From Thermoanaerobaculia bacterium (lineage in GTDB: Bacteria > Acidobacteriota > Thermoanaerobaculia > Gp7-AA8): DNA of 64,000 nt. Positions 1 to 7,854 of the stretch are shown here, piece by piece. Positions within the stretch are counted from its first letter, which is position 1; each line of letters opens with the position of its first letter. Where the stretch lies: contig DATDFB010000057.1 of assembly GCA_036522835.1 (NCBI GenBank), positions 3,906-67,905 on the forward strand. Direction: 5' to 3'. A program made the translations under genes and the position numbers. Under the pieces are notes generated by a model. It saw only the letters and a program-made list of their open reading frames with translations. It did no database searches and had not been told where the DNA came from.

Positions 1-427
1 CCTGCGAGACGGTATTGAACACCGACTCCACTTCCTTCCGCTGCACGATCGTCCCCTGGTCGGCGTCGGTCGAGGTCTTGACCAGGCGGAGGTTCGAGTT
101 CACGGCGTTCTCGCGCGACTGCTTGTTGCGCATGAAGTCGATGGCCACGTTCGTCACCATGCGGTACAGCCAGGTGTCGAACGCGTATTGCGGATCGTAT
201 TTCTCGAGGTTCTCCCACAGCTTGATGAAGACGAGCTGGGAGATGTCCTTGGCGTCCTCGGAATTGCCGATGATGCGGTAGCAGAGGGAGTAGACCTTCG
301 ACGTTTTGCGCCGGACCAGCGCCTCGAACGCGTCGGGGTCGCCGCCCCGAATCGTTTCCACGAGCTGCCGGTCATCGGGTTCGACGGTCTCTTTGGTCGG
401 GATCATCAGGCGGAGTTCCGCTGCCAT
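1..427 (-). CDS. ECF-type RNA polymerase sigma-70 family factor (5' part; 3' end lies beyond window start)
   Basis: Minus-strand translation from ATG at 427: MAAELRLMIP...DPDAFEALVRR...LCYRIIGNSEDAKDISQLVFIKLWENLEKYDPQYAFDTWLYRMVTNVAIDFMRNK (sigma-70 region 2 signature). Not in ORF track because no stop in window. Confidence 0.7.
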   Translation of the reverse strand, partial: MAAELRLMIPTKETVEPDDRQLVETIRGGDPDAFEALVRRKTSKVYSLCYRIIGNSEDAKDISQLVFIKLWENLEKYDPQYAFDTWLYRMVTNVAIDFMRNKQSRENAVNSNLRLVKTSTDADQGTIVQRKEVESVFNTVSQ

Positions 428-521
428 CGTAGACACAATTACGAGGGCCGTCGAGGAAACGTCTAGTCCGCCGCGAAACATTGCCGAAAATCGATTAGCC
501 CCTTAAAATCGAGGCACTTTC

Positions 522-1829
522 ATGCGGGTACTCATCGTCGGGCAAGGCGCGCGCGAGCACGCGATCGCCTGGAAACTCAAGCAATCCCCTCTGGTCAAAG
601 AGCTTTACGCCGCCCCGGGGAACGCCGGCATCGCCCAGGTGGCGGACTGCGTCAACATCGGCGTGGCCGACATCATCGAGCTGGCGGACTTCGCCGAGGG
701 GCTGAAGATCGACCTCACGGTCGTCGGCCCCGAGCTCCCCCTCACCCTAGGCATCGTCGACGAGTTCCAAAAGCGCGGCCTGGCCTGCTTCGGCCCCACC
801 CGGCTCGCCTCCGAGCTCGAAGGCTCGAAGATCTTCTCCAAGGAATTCATGCGCAAGTATTCGATCCCGACCGCCGAGGCCGTCACCTGCGCCTCGATGG
901 ACGAGGCGAAGAGCGCGCTGAAAAAGATGGGCTATCCGGCCGTGCTGAAGGTCGACGGCCTCGCCGCCGGCAAGGGCGTGGTCATCGTCAAGAAGCCGTC
1001 CGACGCCGACGAGTTCCTGCACACGGTCTTCGGCGAGAAGAAGTTCGGCAACGCGGCCGACCGCATCCTCGTCGAGGAGTTTCTGACCGGCGACGAAGTC
1101 TCGTTCATGGCCATCACCGACGGAAAGCGCACCGTGCCCCTCGCCGCGGCAAAGGATTACAAGACCGCGCTCGACGGCGACCTCGGGCCGAACACCGGCG
1201 GCATGGGGGCGCACTCGCCCGCGGTCGTGTTGAGCGGCGACATGGCCGGCGAGGTGATGAAGACCATCATCCTGCCGACCGTGGCGGGCATGGCCACCGA
1301 GGGGCGGCCATACACCGGCGTGCTCTACGCGGGGCTGATGCTGACGCCGAACGGCCCGAAAGTGCTCGAGTACAACTGCCGCTTCGGCGATCCGGAGACG
1401 CAGGTGCAGATGCTGCGGCTCGAGGATGACCTCGCCGACGTCTGCCTCAAATCCGCCCGCGGCAACCTCGGGGACACGAAGCTGGCGTGGCGCAAGGAAG
1501 CGGCGGCGTGCGTCGTCATCGCCGTCGAGGGCTACCCCGACGAGTTCGCGAAGGGGCAGGAAGTGGCCATCGATCCGGTCGACGACGAGGCTGTCGTGAT
1601 CTTCCACGGAGGCACGATCCCGCGCGGCGGGAAGATGATCAACGTGGCCGGCCGCGTGGCCAGCGTCTGCGCCCGCGGCGCGACGCTCACGGAGGCGCTG
1701 GTCAAGGCCTATCAGAACGTGTCGAAGGTGCGATTCGAGGGAGCGCGCTACCGCCGCGACATCGGCTACCGCGCGCTCGAGAACCGCGCGCGCATCTACA
1801 GCGGTACGTTCCCGAGCGTGACGACGTGA
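522..1829 (+). CDS. purD: phosphoribosylamine--glycine ligase
   Basis: 435 aa, MRVLIVGQGAREHAIAWKL..., ATP-grasp, full-length PurD architecture. Confidence 0.93.
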   Translation: MRVLIVGQGAREHAIAWKLKQSPLVKELYAAPGNAGIAQVADCVNIGVADIIELADFAEGLKIDLTVVGPELPLTLGIVDEFQKRGLACFGPTRLASELEGSKIFSKEFMRKYSIPTAEAVTCASMDEAKSALKKMGYPAVLKVDGLAAGKGVVIVKKPSDADEFLHTVFGEKKFGNAADRILVEEFLTGDEVSFMAITDGKRTVPLAAAKDYKTALDGDLGPNTGGMGAHSPAVVLSGDMAGEVMKTIILPTVAGMATEGRPYTGVLYAGLMLTPNGPKVLEYNCRFGDPETQVQMLRLEDDLADVCLKSARGNLGDTKLAWRKEAAACVVIAVEGYPDEFAKGQEVAIDPVDDEAVVIFHGGTIPRGGKMINVAGRVASVCARGATLTEALVKAYQNVSKVRFEGARYRRDIGYRALENRARIYSGTFPSVTT

Positions 1830-2335
1830 CCGCGCCGTTCGTTTGCATCGTCATGGGCTCCGACTCCGACGCCGAGGTCATGGCGCAGGCGTGCGCGGCG
1901 CTCGACGAGCTGGGCGTCCAGTACGAGATGAAGGTGGCGTCGGCGCACCGTTCGCCGGAGCGGACGAAGCAGGTCATCGACGAGGCCGAGCGCGGCGGCG
2001 CGGCGGTCTTCATCGCCGGCGCCGGCATGGCCGCGCATCTGCCGGGCGTCGTGGCCAGCTTCACGACGAAGCCGGTCATCGGCGTGCCGCTCGCGGGAGG
2101 CGCGCTGCAGGGCTTCGACGCGCTGCTGGCGATCGTGCAGATGCCGCCGGGGATTCCGGTGGCGACGGTCGCGGTCGGCGGGGCGCGGAACGCGGGCGTG
2201 CTGGCGGCGCAGATCATGGCCGCGTCCGACGCGGCGCTGGCGGCGCGCTTGAAAGAACAGCGGGTCAAGATGGCCGAGGCGGTGGCGCAGAAGTCGAAGA
2301 AGGTGGAAAAGTCGACGCGTAGAGTGTCATCCTGA
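1826..2335 (+). CDS. purE: N5-carboxyaminoimidazole ribonucleotide mutase
   Basis: GTG at 1826 overlaps purD stop (GTGA); VTAPFVCIVMGSDSD...KPVIGVPL...GIPVATVAVG, ~169 aa class I PurE. Stop codon lies inside repeat element 2326-2403. Confidence 0.88.
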   Translation: MTAPFVCIVMGSDSDAEVMAQACAALDELGVQYEMKVASAHRSPERTKQVIDEAERGGAAVFIAGAGMAAHLPGVVASFTTKPVIGVPLAGGALQGFDALLAIVQMPPGIPVATVAVGGARNAGVLAAQIMAASDAALAARLKEQRVKMAEAVAQKSKKVEKSTRRVSS

Positions 2336-2403
2336 GTCGCGCAGACGGCGAAGGATCCCCTCGGCGGGGGGTTCCTCACCGTCTGCGCGGCTCGGAATGA
2401 CAC
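2326..2403. repeat. palindromic repeat element, family 2 (GTCATYCYGAG...CGGRATGACAC), copy A
   Basis: ~78-nt imperfect palindrome gtcatcctgagtcgcgcagacggcgaaggatcccc/ggggttcctcaccgtctgcgcggctcggaatgacac; related copies at 18403-18479, 45111-45213, half copy 37757-37787. Confidence 0.75.
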
Positions 2404-3308
2404 ACGCACCGCACGCGCATGCCGACCTATCGCGCAAGCTCCTCATCGCCACGATCGCCACGGCCGTCTTCGTCGTCGTCGAGCTGATCGCCGGCATCGC
2501 CGCCAACTCCCTCGCGCTCATCGGCGACGCCTTCCACAACTTCACCGACTCGCTCGCGCTGGTCCTTGCGCTCGTGGCCGTGCGCATCGAGCGGCGGCCG
2601 GCAAACGCCACCAAGACCTACGGGTATCACCGCGCCGGCGTGCTCGCCGCGTTCATCAACTCCGGGACGCTCGTCGCCTTCACGATCTACATCTTCTACG
2701 AAGCGTGGCACCGGCTGCGCGTGCCGCACGCCGTCGACAGCCGGGCCATGCTCGTCGTCGCCGCGGTCGCGTTCGCGCTCAACGCCGCCATCACCTGGTG
2801 GCTGCACGACGAAGGGCGCGAAGACCTCAACGTCCGCAGCGCCGTGCTGCACATGCTCGGCGATGCGGCGTCGTCGGTCGGCATCGTCATCGCCGCGCTG
2901 CTCATCGCCCGCACCGGCCGGCCGTTCTGGGACCCGGCCATGTCGGTCTTGATCGGCATCCTGATTTTGTGGAGCAGCTTCGGCGTGCTGCGCGAGGCGG
3001 TGAATCTGTTGCTCGAAGGGACGCCGCCGGGCATCGATCCCGGCGCGGTCACGCGCGCCATCGAGTCGGTCGAGGGCATTCTCGGCGTGCACCACCTGCA
3101 CATCTGGGGGCTCGGCTCCGCGCGGCGCGCGCTCTCCGCGCACCTCATCGTCGGCGACGTGCCGCTCGCGGCCACGAGCCAGCTCCTCGGCCGCGTGAAC
3201 GCGCTGCTGCACGACCAGTACGGCATCGAGCACACCACCATTCAGTTCGAGCTCGCCGATTGCCCCGAGGAGGATCCGTACTGCTTGCCTATTTCGCGGG
3301 AGTCGTGA
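2397..3308 (+). CDS. cation diffusion facilitator family transporter (CzcD-like)
   Basis: 303 aa; 6 TM N-domain with HxxxD (IGDAFHNFTD), C-terminal cytoplasmic domain; ATG embedded in right arm of repeat 2326-2403. Confidence 0.85.
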   Translation: MTHAPHAHADLSRKLLIATIATAVFVVVELIAGIAANSLALIGDAFHNFTDSLALVLALVAVRIERRPANATKTYGYHRAGVLAAFINSGTLVAFTIYIFYEAWHRLRVPHAVDSRAMLVVAAVAFALNAAITWWLHDEGREDLNVRSAVLHMLGDAASSVGIVIAALLIARTGRPFWDPAMSVLIGILILWSSFGVLREAVNLLLEGTPPGIDPGAVTRAIESVEGILGVHHLHIWGLGSARRALSAHLIVGDVPLAATSQLLGRVNALLHDQYGIEHTTIQFELADCPEEDPYCLPISRES

Positions 3309-4788
3309 CCGTCACCTTCGTCACGCCGAACGGCAGCAGCATCGCGAAGTTCGGCGCGACGGCGTAGAACGGGCGGAGGTCGATCGGATTGCCGAGGAGC
3401 GCCGTGCCCGCTTTCGCACAGAGATCGCCCGTGCGGAGCATGTTCTCGATCGGGCGCTTCACGCGCATGGTCGGATAGAGCGCGTTCACCTCGTCGCGCA
3501 GGTTGCCTTGCGGCTTCTCTTTGTACTCCTTCGTGAACGACGTGACGGCGAGCTGATTGCCTTTCAGCTCCGCCTGCCAGGCCACGTGCGGCGCGCCCTC
3601 GGACGGGAAGCCGTCGTACCCGCCGTGGAAGAGAACCCCCGCCGGCGTCACCTCGGCGGCCATGTCGATGAGGTGTCCGCACGCGGCGGCGTTGACGTAT
3701 GACACATCCTGCCTGGCGATGCGATTCTGCGCGTCGTAGGTGTAGCGCGACGTGACGGCCTGCCCGTCGAGCACGAGCTCCTCGCGGTCGAGCAGCCACG
3801 CCTCGCCCGCTTTGTGCGCTCGGAAGTCGAGGAGGCCGGCGCGCTCGAGGTAGTCGGCGCCCTGCACGAGGCCCGGCCCGCTCAGGATCTCGCCGTCGTA
3901 CGTCCACCCCTCGCGCTTGCGCGCGTCCTGGATCTGCTTCTGCTTCACCGGCGTGTAGCGAAGGTCGTCGAACGGCACGCACGACAGCGTCTCGTTTCTG
4001 GCGACGCGGTCGTCGGCGTAGAACGACGTGCGCGTCGCGCCGTCGCTGCACGCGCGCGCATTCGCGTACGGCCCGTGCCAGCAGCGCGGGCACCACATCG
4101 CCCCCGTGGGGAGGCGGAGGCCGCAGAACGAGCAGACGATCTTCGTCTTCATGTCGTCGATCTCGCTCTCGAGCGCGAGGATGTGCGGCTCGATGTCCGC
4201 CTTTGACGCGGCGTCGAGGCCGGCGTAGCGGTGGAAGCGCTCCGCGGCCGTCGCCAAGTCGCCGCGCTTCTCGAAGATCACCGCCTCGTTGTAGACCGGC
4301 GCCGGGTCGTTCGGCCGCTTCTGCTCCGCGTCCTGAAAGAGCTTGAGCGCGGCGTCGTAGTCGCCCTTTTGGTAGAGGAAGCGGCCGCGCGTGAAGATCT
4401 CCGTGTACTCGTCCTCGGCCTGTTTCTTCTTCTGCAGCTCGCGCTGGAAGTCGAGCTCGAGCTGGAGCTTGGCGAGGTTCTCCTTTTCCGGTCCGGCCGG
4501 GTAGAGCTGGTTGTAGCGGTCGACTTTCTGCTGGGCCTCGGAGACGCGCCCGGCCTTGGCGAGCGTGAGGGCCATGTCGTACAGCACGCCGGCGACGTCG
4601 GGCTGCAACTGATCGGCCTTCGCGAACTGCGCGTAGGCCGCGGTGTAGTCCTTCATCGAATAGAACTTCTGGCCGAAGAAGACGGCCTTGGTGAACTCGT
4701 CCTCCGGCTGCTGCGCAAGACCGAATGCAGAATGCAGGATGCAGAATGCAGAAACGAGCAGCACCGCTCGCCATTCTGCATTTTGCAT
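3289..4788 (-). CDS. TPR-repeat protein with CxxC zinc-ribbon (MWCPRCW) and C-terminal domain; start uncertain
   Basis: Downstream part of track ORF 3289..6636. TPR units (KAVFFGQKFYSMKDYTAAYAQFAKADQLQP...); putative start MQNAEWRAVLLVSAFCILHSAFG at 4788 is encoded by repeat element 4723-4804; alternative start 4656 would truncate a TPR. Confidence 0.55.
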   Translation of the reverse strand: MQNAEWRAVLLVSAFCILHSAFGLAQQPEDEFTKAVFFGQKFYSMKDYTAAYAQFAKADQLQPDVAGVLYDMALTLAKAGRVSEAQQKVDRYNQLYPAGPEKENLAKLQLELDFQRELQKKKQAEDEYTEIFTRGRFLYQKGDYDAALKLFQDAEQKRPNDPAPVYNEAVIFEKRGDLATAAERFHRYAGLDAASKADIEPHILALESEIDDMKTKIVCSFCGLRLPTGAMWCPRCWHGPYANARACSDGATRTSFYADDRVARNETLSCVPFDDLRYTPVKQKQIQDARKREGWTYDGEILSGPGLVQGADYLERAGLLDFRAHKAGEAWLLDREELVLDGQAVTSRYTYDAQNRIARQDVSYVNAAACGHLIDMAAEVTPAGVLFHGGYDGFPSEGAPHVAWQAELKGNQLAVTSFTKEYKEKPQGNLRDEVNALYPTMRVKRPIENMLRTGDLCAKAGTALLGNPIDLRPFYAVAPNFAMLLPFGVTKVTVTTPAK

Positions 4789-4804
4789 TCTGCATTCTGC
4801 ATTC
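4723..4804. repeat. palindromic element, family 1 ((GCAGAAT)n heptamer arms), copy 1
   Basis: gaatgcagaatgcaggatgcagaatgcagaaa ...loop... ttctgcattttgcattctgcattctgcattc; diverged relative of copies at 16334-16425 and 19818-19925. Confidence 0.7.
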
Positions 4805-5915
4805 ATTGCAGCAGCGCCTCCACCACCCCGCCCACCCAATCGTCGATCACCGGCGACGTTGCCAGATACGAGTAGAGTGCGTGGCGCTTCTGCTCCGACG
4901 GCGCGCTCGGGTTGCGCAGCACGCCCGCAGGATCGGGCATCAGGTCGACCACGACGTCGCGCGCGTCGCGCGGCGCCCAGTGCGAGGGCATGTCGCTGCC
5001 GAAGAGCTTCGACACGAGCGCAAGGCGGTCGCTTTCGCCGTGCGCGGCGCGCGCGGCGGCGGCGAGGCGGCCCTTCGAGCTCTCGATGAGCATGCGAAGA
5101 TTGGATAGCACCTGCAGCCGGCGCGTGCAGGCCTCGAGGATCTTGACGTCGGAGAGGGCCGTGCTGGCGGCGAGGATCTTCTGGATGCGGTCGGTCTCGA
5201 CGGAGATGAACGCGTCGGCCGGATCGTCGGCAGGGGGCGCCGGCTCGTCGACCTTCACCTCCGGCGTGGCCGGCGTGGCCACCGGCGCGGGCGGCATGGC
5301 CGGCGTCGGCACGATCTCGGCGAGCGGCAGATCGGAGATGGCCGGCGCATCGCCGATCTCGCTCTTCGGCATGCGCAGATCGGCCGGCTCGTTGGCGATC
5401 GCCGCCGGCGGCGGAGCGGGCGGCAGCGGCACGAGCTTCGCCGCACCGAACGGCGAGCCCGCCGGCGCGGCGGGGTCGCGCATCAAATCCGAATCCGTCG
5501 GCACTTCGGCGTCCATCAGCCGCTCGCGCACGCGCAGCCGCGTGTCGCCTGCCTGGCGCAGTTGAGCGTTGCGGGCCACGTCGTTGAGGTACGTCGCGCT
5601 CATGTCGCAGTGGCAGGGGCCGAAGTTGTCGGGCAGGTAGCGCTTGTCGTTGCGCTGGCGGTAGAAGTCGACGACCGCGGCGTTGTGGCGCATGGCCGCG
5701 TCGCGGGCGCGCTCGCAGGCGGCCTGCGAGGCGAACTGGTTGATGCCCGAAAACTCGTTGAAGCCGCGTAGTTCCGGGTTGTACATCTGCACGTGGTAGT
5801 GGAAGACGTCGCAGTGCGCCGGGGGCGTCGCAGAAGGCGGGCAGAGCAGCGCCTGCCCGAGGGCCGAGCCCGCCGTCACCGCCGCCACGAGAAAAACGCT
5901 TACGCGAAGCCGCAT
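4803..5915 (-). CDS. hypothetical secreted Pro/Ala-rich protein
   Basis: Start refined to MRLRVSVFLVAAVTAGSALGQA (signal peptide); Cys-rich N-domain, PAPPPAA.. linker, C-terminal domain. The 18 upstream residues of the track ORF are translation of repeat 5916-5975. Confidence 0.5.
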   Translation of the reverse strand: MRLRVSVFLVAAVTAGSALGQALLCPPSATPPAHCDVFHYHVQMYNPELRGFNEFSGINQFASQAACERARDAAMRHNAAVVDFYRQRNDKRYLPDNFGPCHCDMSATYLNDVARNAQLRQAGDTRLRVRERLMDAEVPTDSDLMRDPAAPAGSPFGAAKLVPLPPAPPPAAIANEPADLRMPKSEIGDAPAISDLPLAEIVPTPAMPPAPVATPATPEVKVDEPAPPADDPADAFISVETDRIQKILAASTALSDVKILEACTRRLQVLSNLRMLIESSKGRLAAAARAAHGESDRLALVSKLFGSDMPSHWAPRDARDVVVDLMPDPAGVLRNPSAPSEQKRHALYSYLATSPVIDDWVGGVVEALLQ

Positions 5916-5975
5916 GTGGAGCGCGCCGGCCATGCCGGCGCCGTAAGAGCGGCGGCATGGCCGCCGCACTCCACA
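5916..5975. repeat. double-hairpin GC-rich repeat, family 3 (TGTGGAG-[GCGCCGGCCATGCCGGCGC]-[GCGGCGGCATGGCCGCCGC]-CACTCCACA)
   Basis: Two internal hairpins inside outer inverted repeat; immediately 5' of start codon of 4803..5915. Confidence 0.65.
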
Positions 5976-6039
5976 GAATATACGACTTCAACACCGCGGC
6001 CCCTCTCGTCGTACCGCTGGCGACGAAAGGAGAACCTCC

Positions 6040-6507
6040 ATGAACAAGAAGCACCTCACCATCGCCGGAGTGATCGCGGCGCTCGTCCTCGTCGCGGCGC
6101 CCTTCGCGCTCGCCCAGCGGATGCACGGCGCGGCTCGCGGCGGCCCCGGCAGCGACCTCGGCGGCGTGATGTTCCTCGGGCACCTCCAGCGCGCCAAGCA
6201 CGCCCTCGGCCTCTCGGACCAGCAGGTCACCGACATCGAGACCATCTTCCGCGACCTGCGCACGCAGAACCAGACCTACCGCGACTCGCTTCACGGCGCG
6301 ATGGGCGAGATTGCCACCACGCTCATCAACAATCCGAACGATCTCGCGGCGGCGCAGGCGCTGCTCGACAAGCAGGAAGCGACCGAGCATCAGATGAAAG
6401 TCAACGCCCTGCAGGCGGCGTCGAAGGCGCTCAACGTCCTGACGCCCGATCAGCGCGCCAAGCTCGGCGACTTCATCAAGGAGCATCACGGCCCGATGGC
6501 GCGGTAA
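6040..6507 (+). CDS. periplasmic LTXXQ-motif protein (CpxP/Spy/ZraP-like)
   Basis: Signal peptide MNKKHLTIAGVIAALVLVAAPFALAQ; LSDQQVTDIETIF and LTPDQRAKLGDFIKEH (LTXXQ motifs). Confidence 0.7.
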   Translation: MNKKHLTIAGVIAALVLVAAPFALAQRMHGAARGGPGSDLGGVMFLGHLQRAKHALGLSDQQVTDIETIFRDLRTQNQTYRDSLHGAMGEIATTLINNPNDLAAAQALLDKQEATEHQMKVNALQAASKALNVLTPDQRAKLGDFIKEHHGPMAR

Positions 6508-6511
6508 GACG

Positions 6512-7153
6512 ATGGAACTGGCGGCTGTCAACGGAGCCCTGCTCCTCGATCGTCTAAGCTGGGTAGTGACGGCAGGATTCGAGACACTGCAACAGCCCGG
6601 CGACACCTTCGAGCAGCGCGCGATCGACGCGGTCAAACGCGGCGACGCATCGGCGTACGACTATCTCGTGTCAAAATACATGAAACGAGTGGTGTCGATC
6701 GCCTGGGGAATCGTGCGCAACGCGCACGACGCGGAAGACCTCGCGCAGGAGGCTTTCGTGAAGGCCTACCAGACCATCGGCCGCTTCAAGACGGGACAAC
6801 CTTTCGGTCCGTGGATCTATCGAATCGTGACGAACCTTTCATTGGACGTGGTCAAGCATCGCAAGCGCTTCCGCCACGAAGAGCTGCGCGACGTCGAGCC
6901 GGCGGCCCGCCGCGACGAGGCCGATCTGCCGGCGCGCGCGAACGAGCTGTCGGCGCGCATCGACGAGGCCATCGAGTCGCTGCCGGAGATGCAGCGCATC
7001 GTGGCCCGGCTCTACCTGGTCGAGGAGTTCAGCCACACCGAGATCGCGGAGATGACCAATCTGAGCGAGGGGACGGTGCGCTCGCACCTCTCCCTCGCGC
7101 GCGGAAAGCTCAAAGAGCGATTGAGCGATTTGTACGGAGAAGACCATGAGTGA
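6512..7153 (+). CDS. ECF sigma factor (sigma-24 family)
   Basis: Region 2 (DLAQEAFVKAYQTIGRF...FGPWIYRIVTNLSLDVVKHRK) and region 4 (LPEMQRIVARLYLVEEFSHTEIAEMTNLSEGTVRSHLSLARGKLKE). Confidence 0.85.
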   Translation: MELAAVNGALLLDRLSWVVTAGFETLQQPGDTFEQRAIDAVKRGDASAYDYLVSKYMKRVVSIAWGIVRNAHDAEDLAQEAFVKAYQTIGRFKTGQPFGPWIYRIVTNLSLDVVKHRKRFRHEELRDVEPAARRDEADLPARANELSARIDEAIESLPEMQRIVARLYLVEEFSHTEIAEMTNLSEGTVRSHLSLARGKLKERLSDLYGEDHE

Positions 7154-7448
7154 CGACAACTTCCTGGAGCGCCTCCGCGGCGACGCGCGGCAGCTTCGCT
7201 ACGAGCCCGGCGACTTCGCCTTCGCGCGCCTGCAGGCGCGCGTGCGCGAGCGCCTCACCCAGCCGACCGCGGCCCAGTTTCTGGCGTCGTGGTTCCGGCC
7301 GCTCTCCGCGTCGCTGGCGGCGCTGTCGCTGGTAGCGGCCCTCGGCACGGCCTACTATGTCGACACGCGCGACCAGGTGACGATGGACTCCATGGCATCG
7401 AACTCCGTCGAGATCACGGTGGACGGGGCCACGTACAGTGTCGACTAG
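7146..7448 (+). CDS. putative membrane-anchored anti-sigma factor
   Basis: ATG overlaps sigma stop (ATGA); 100 aa with single C-proximal TM (LSASLAALSLVAALGTAYYV); positional inference only. Confidence 0.45.
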   Translation: MSDDNFLERLRGDARQLRYEPGDFAFARLQARVRERLTQPTAAQFLASWFRPLSASLAALSLVAALGTAYYVDTRDQVTMDSMASNSVEITVDGATYSVD

Positions 7449-7854
7449 CCCCCGCGCCGTGGCGGCGCTGCTGATCGTGGCGGCGCTCATCGCCGGCATC
7501 GTCGTCGGCGTGGCCGGCGACCGCCTCTACATGATGCGGCGCGTGCCGCATCCGCCGCGATTCATGTCCGACCGGTTCGTCGAGCACCTCGATCGCGAGC
7601 TGCAGCTCACGCCGCAACAGCGCGACGCGGTCAAGCAGATCAGCGAGCGCCACCGCCAGCGCATCCAGGCGCTCTCCGACAGCATCCGTCCGCAGATGCG
7701 CCAGGAGCTCGACGCCATGAACGCGGAGATCGAGAACGTGCTGAACCCCGATCAGCAGAAGAAGTTCCGCGAGCTGTCGTCGCGGATGCACCGCCGGCGC
7801 GGCTCGCGCAGCGGCATGCCGCCCGCGGGTAGTCCGCCGCCGCCGCAGCCCTAA
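7438..7854 (+). CDS. membrane-anchored LTXXQ-motif periplasmic protein (CpxP/Spy-like)
   Basis: N-terminal TM (AVAALLIVAALIAGIVVGVAG); LTPQQRDAVKQI and LNPDQQKKFREL motifs; alternative start codon per ORF track. Confidence 0.6.
   Translation: MSTSPRAVAALLIVAALIAGIVVGVAGDRLYMMRRVPHPPRFMSDRFVEHLDRELQLTPQQRDAVKQISERHRQRIQALSDSIRPQMRQELDAMNAEIENVLNPDQQKKFRELSSRMHRRRGSRSGMPPAGSPPPPQP

Noticed and set aside
5988-6263. 91-aa minus-strand ORF
   Set aside because: Antisense to the LTXXQ gene 6040..6507 with Pro/Arg-rich composition; no support.
4806-6636. Upstream 600 codons of the 1115-aa minus-strand ORF 3289..6636
   Set aside because: Only the last ~499 codons (TPR protein) look real. The upstream part is out-of-frame overlap with the real gene 4803..5915 and antisense to 6040..6507, with RRRGRR-type low complexity.
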